Part shown: positions 30,425 through 32,000 of the stretch, in pieces | Position numbering within the stretch: position 1 is the stretch's first letter | Layout: every line of letters starts with the position of its first letter | The notes under the pieces: generated by a model | The model's input: the letters and a program-made list of their open reading frames with translations, nothing else | What the model was told of the DNA's origin: nothing | Databases searched by the model: none | Program-made: the position numbers and the translations under genes | DNA from: Nitrosococcus oceani ATCC 19707 | Lineage (GTDB): Bacteria > Pseudomonadota > Gammaproteobacteria > Nitrosococcales > Nitrosococcaceae | Direction of reading: 5' to 3' | DNA length: 32,000 bases | NCBI RefSeq assembly: GCF_000012805.1 | Contig: NC_007484.1 | Location: forward strand, 690,001-722,000

Positions 30425-32000
30425 AATACGTCGGGATTGATCTTGGAACAACGAACAGTGCAATTTGCTCCTATGACGGAGAGTCGGTGCGCCTTTACAA
30501 AAGTCCCGATCAAAATGACGTCACGCCATCAGCCATTTTTATTGATAGACGGGGCAACAAATACTTAGGCAAGCGAGCCTATGATAGTGCGGCCAAGAAT
30601 CCTGATAATGCCGCTACGAAATTTAAGCGCATGATGGGGACCAGTACCCCAGTCAAGCTTGCCGCCGTTGATATCACCATGACGCCAGAGGAGTGTTCGT
30701 CGGAGATCCTCAAGCTCTGCTTTGGGTATTTACCAGAGGAAATTAGAAACGGTGGAGAAACCGGAACCGTAATCACCGTTCCTGCCGCTTTTAATCAGAT
30801 GCAAAAGGACGCCACGTTGGCTGCTGCTGAAATGGCTGGCCTGGGTAGCGTCGCGTTAATGCAAGAGCCAGTTGCGGCTGTCATGTGTGTTATGAAACAG
30901 CGCAAAGGCGACGGCGTTTTTCTGGTGTTCGATCTCGGTGGTGGGACACTGGATATTGCGATTGCTGAAAGTATCAGTGGACGGGTGAGCCTGCTGGCTC
31001 ATGGTGGTGTCGCGATGTGTGGTGGCACCGACTTCGATCGCGCCATTCTTGATAACGTGGTCAAGCCATGGTTGATGTCCACCTTTGATCTTCCTGACGA
31101 TTTCAGCGCGAATTCGAAATACAAATCGCTTCTGAGAATGTGTCTTTGGGCCTCGGAAAAGGCAAAGATTGAATTGTCGGCAAAAGAGGACGCTGTCATC
31201 AGCCTCACAGAGTCTGATTTAGGTGTTAATGATGAATCTGGTGATGAAATCTATGTCGATATCCCCTTTACCAGAGAGCTGCTCGATAGCTTGATCGCCG
31301 ACAAGGTCGATGAATCTATCCAATCGGCTCGAGATACACTCGAGAAAGCGGGTCTGAGTCCTCATGATGTCGAGCGCGTCGTGTTCATCGGCGGACCAAC
31401 CCAATACAAACCGCTGCGTGATCGAGTCGCGTTTGAGCTCGGCATAGCACCATCATCCGATATGAATCCCATGACGGCCGTCGCAGAGGGCGCAGCCGTT
31501 TTTGCAGAATCGATCGACTGGAGTTCACAAAGCCGTGGCCGAAAGAATGCTCGGGGAGCACTCAGCACCGGCGGCTCGTTGGACCTCTCTTTCAATTACA
31601 TATCAAGAACGCCGGATTCGAAGGCGAAAATTGTAGCGAAACTTGGAGGGGATGCAGCGGCAGGCGTTGAGTTTCAGATCGATAGCCTGGATACCGGTTG
31701 GTCCTCGGGGCGAATGGCTCTTCAAGACGGGGCTGGCGTCGAACTCTCCCTGGCGAAGCCCGGGGAAAACACATTCAAAGTGTTTGTATTCGACTCCAAG
31801 GGTGGGCCTGTCGCATTAGGCGATGACAAAATTGTTATATCGCGAACAGCAGCCAGTATTGATGCCATTCCTGCGTCGCACTCGATCGGTGTCGAGGCGC
31901 GGGACAAGCTTGGTGGGCGTCTCGTCCTCGATCATCTTGTTCGCGAAGGTGATCAATTGCCAAAGAAAGGCAAGAAAATCTTCAAAACGGAGGAGTCACT
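30421..32000 (+). CDS. atypical Hsp70-family ATPase (partial; ORF still open at window end)
   Basis: My own translation; the ORF is absent from the track because it has no stop in the window. Actin-fold NBD signatures present: VGIDLGTTNSA, VFDLGGGTLDIA, GGTDFD, VFIGGPTQYKPL, NPMTAVAEGAAVFA. A non-canonical segment of about 110 aa follows (residues about 368-480). After it comes an SBD-beta-like stretch (IPASHSIGVEARDKLGGRLVLDHLVREGDQLPKKGKKIF). Confidence 0.85.
   Translation, partial: MKYVGIDLGTTNSAICSYDGESVRLYKSPDQNDVTPSAIFIDRRGNKYLGKRAYDSAAKNPDNAATKFKRMMGTSTPVKLAAVDITMTPEECSSEILKLCFGYLPEEIRNGGETGTVITVPAAFNQMQKDATLAAAEMAGLGSVALMQEPVAAVMCVMKQRKGDGVFLVFDLGGGTLDIAIAESISGRVSLLAHGGVAMCGGTDFDRAILDNVVKPWLMSTFDLPDDFSANSKYKSLLRMCLWASEKAKIELSAKEDAVISLTESDLGVNDESGDEIYVDIPFTRELLDSLIADKVDESIQSARDTLEKAGLSPHDVERVVFIGGPTQYKPLRDRVAFELGIAPSSDMNPMTAVAEGAAVFAESIDWSSQSRGRKNARGALSTGGSLDLSFNYISRTPDSKAKIVAKLGGDAAAGVEFQIDSLDTGWSSGRMALQDGAGVELSLAKPGENTFKVFVFDSKGGPVALGDDKIVISRTAASIDAIPASHSIGVEARDKLGGRLVLDHLVREGDQLPKKGKKIFKTEES

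Overview
The window has two parts.

(1) Positions 1-13311, + strand: the mating-pair-formation module of an ICEclc/PFGI-1/ICEHin1056-type (GI-type, MPF-G) integrative conjugative element. About 15 colinear genes, mostly overlapping at their start/stop codons, run from the RAQPRD protein through the TraC/VirB4-like ATPase to TraG. One opposite-strand NERD/zinc-ribbon cargo gene sits between them. No integrase, relaxase, coupling protein or att site is in the window.

(2) Positions 13308-32000: a stacked anti-phage defence island carried as ICE cargo directly after traG. It holds three modules.
- (a) A minus-strand operon: BrxR-like WYL regulator, SNF2/DUF3883 helicase, DUF1156 N6-adenine methyltransferase, DUF499 P-loop ATPase, and a small membrane ORF. 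This helicase-methylase-ATPase R-M-like system is poorly characterised. Its helicase gene is cleanly split by a 902-bp IS630-family element with a TA target duplication. Removing the IS restores an in-frame 1184-aa ORF.
- (b) A complete four-gene Qat system (KAP NTPase, QatB, QueC-like, TatD-like).
- (c) A translationally coupled HTH / minimal GrpE-like / atypical Hsp70 operon that runs off the 3' end. This is my best candidate for an undescribed chaperone-based system.

No rRNA, tRNA or CRISPR array was recognised. All family assignments come from reading motifs and synteny by eye; no database search was run. The host is probably a gammaproteobacterium, judged only from the ICE type and GC content, and this is not verifiable here.
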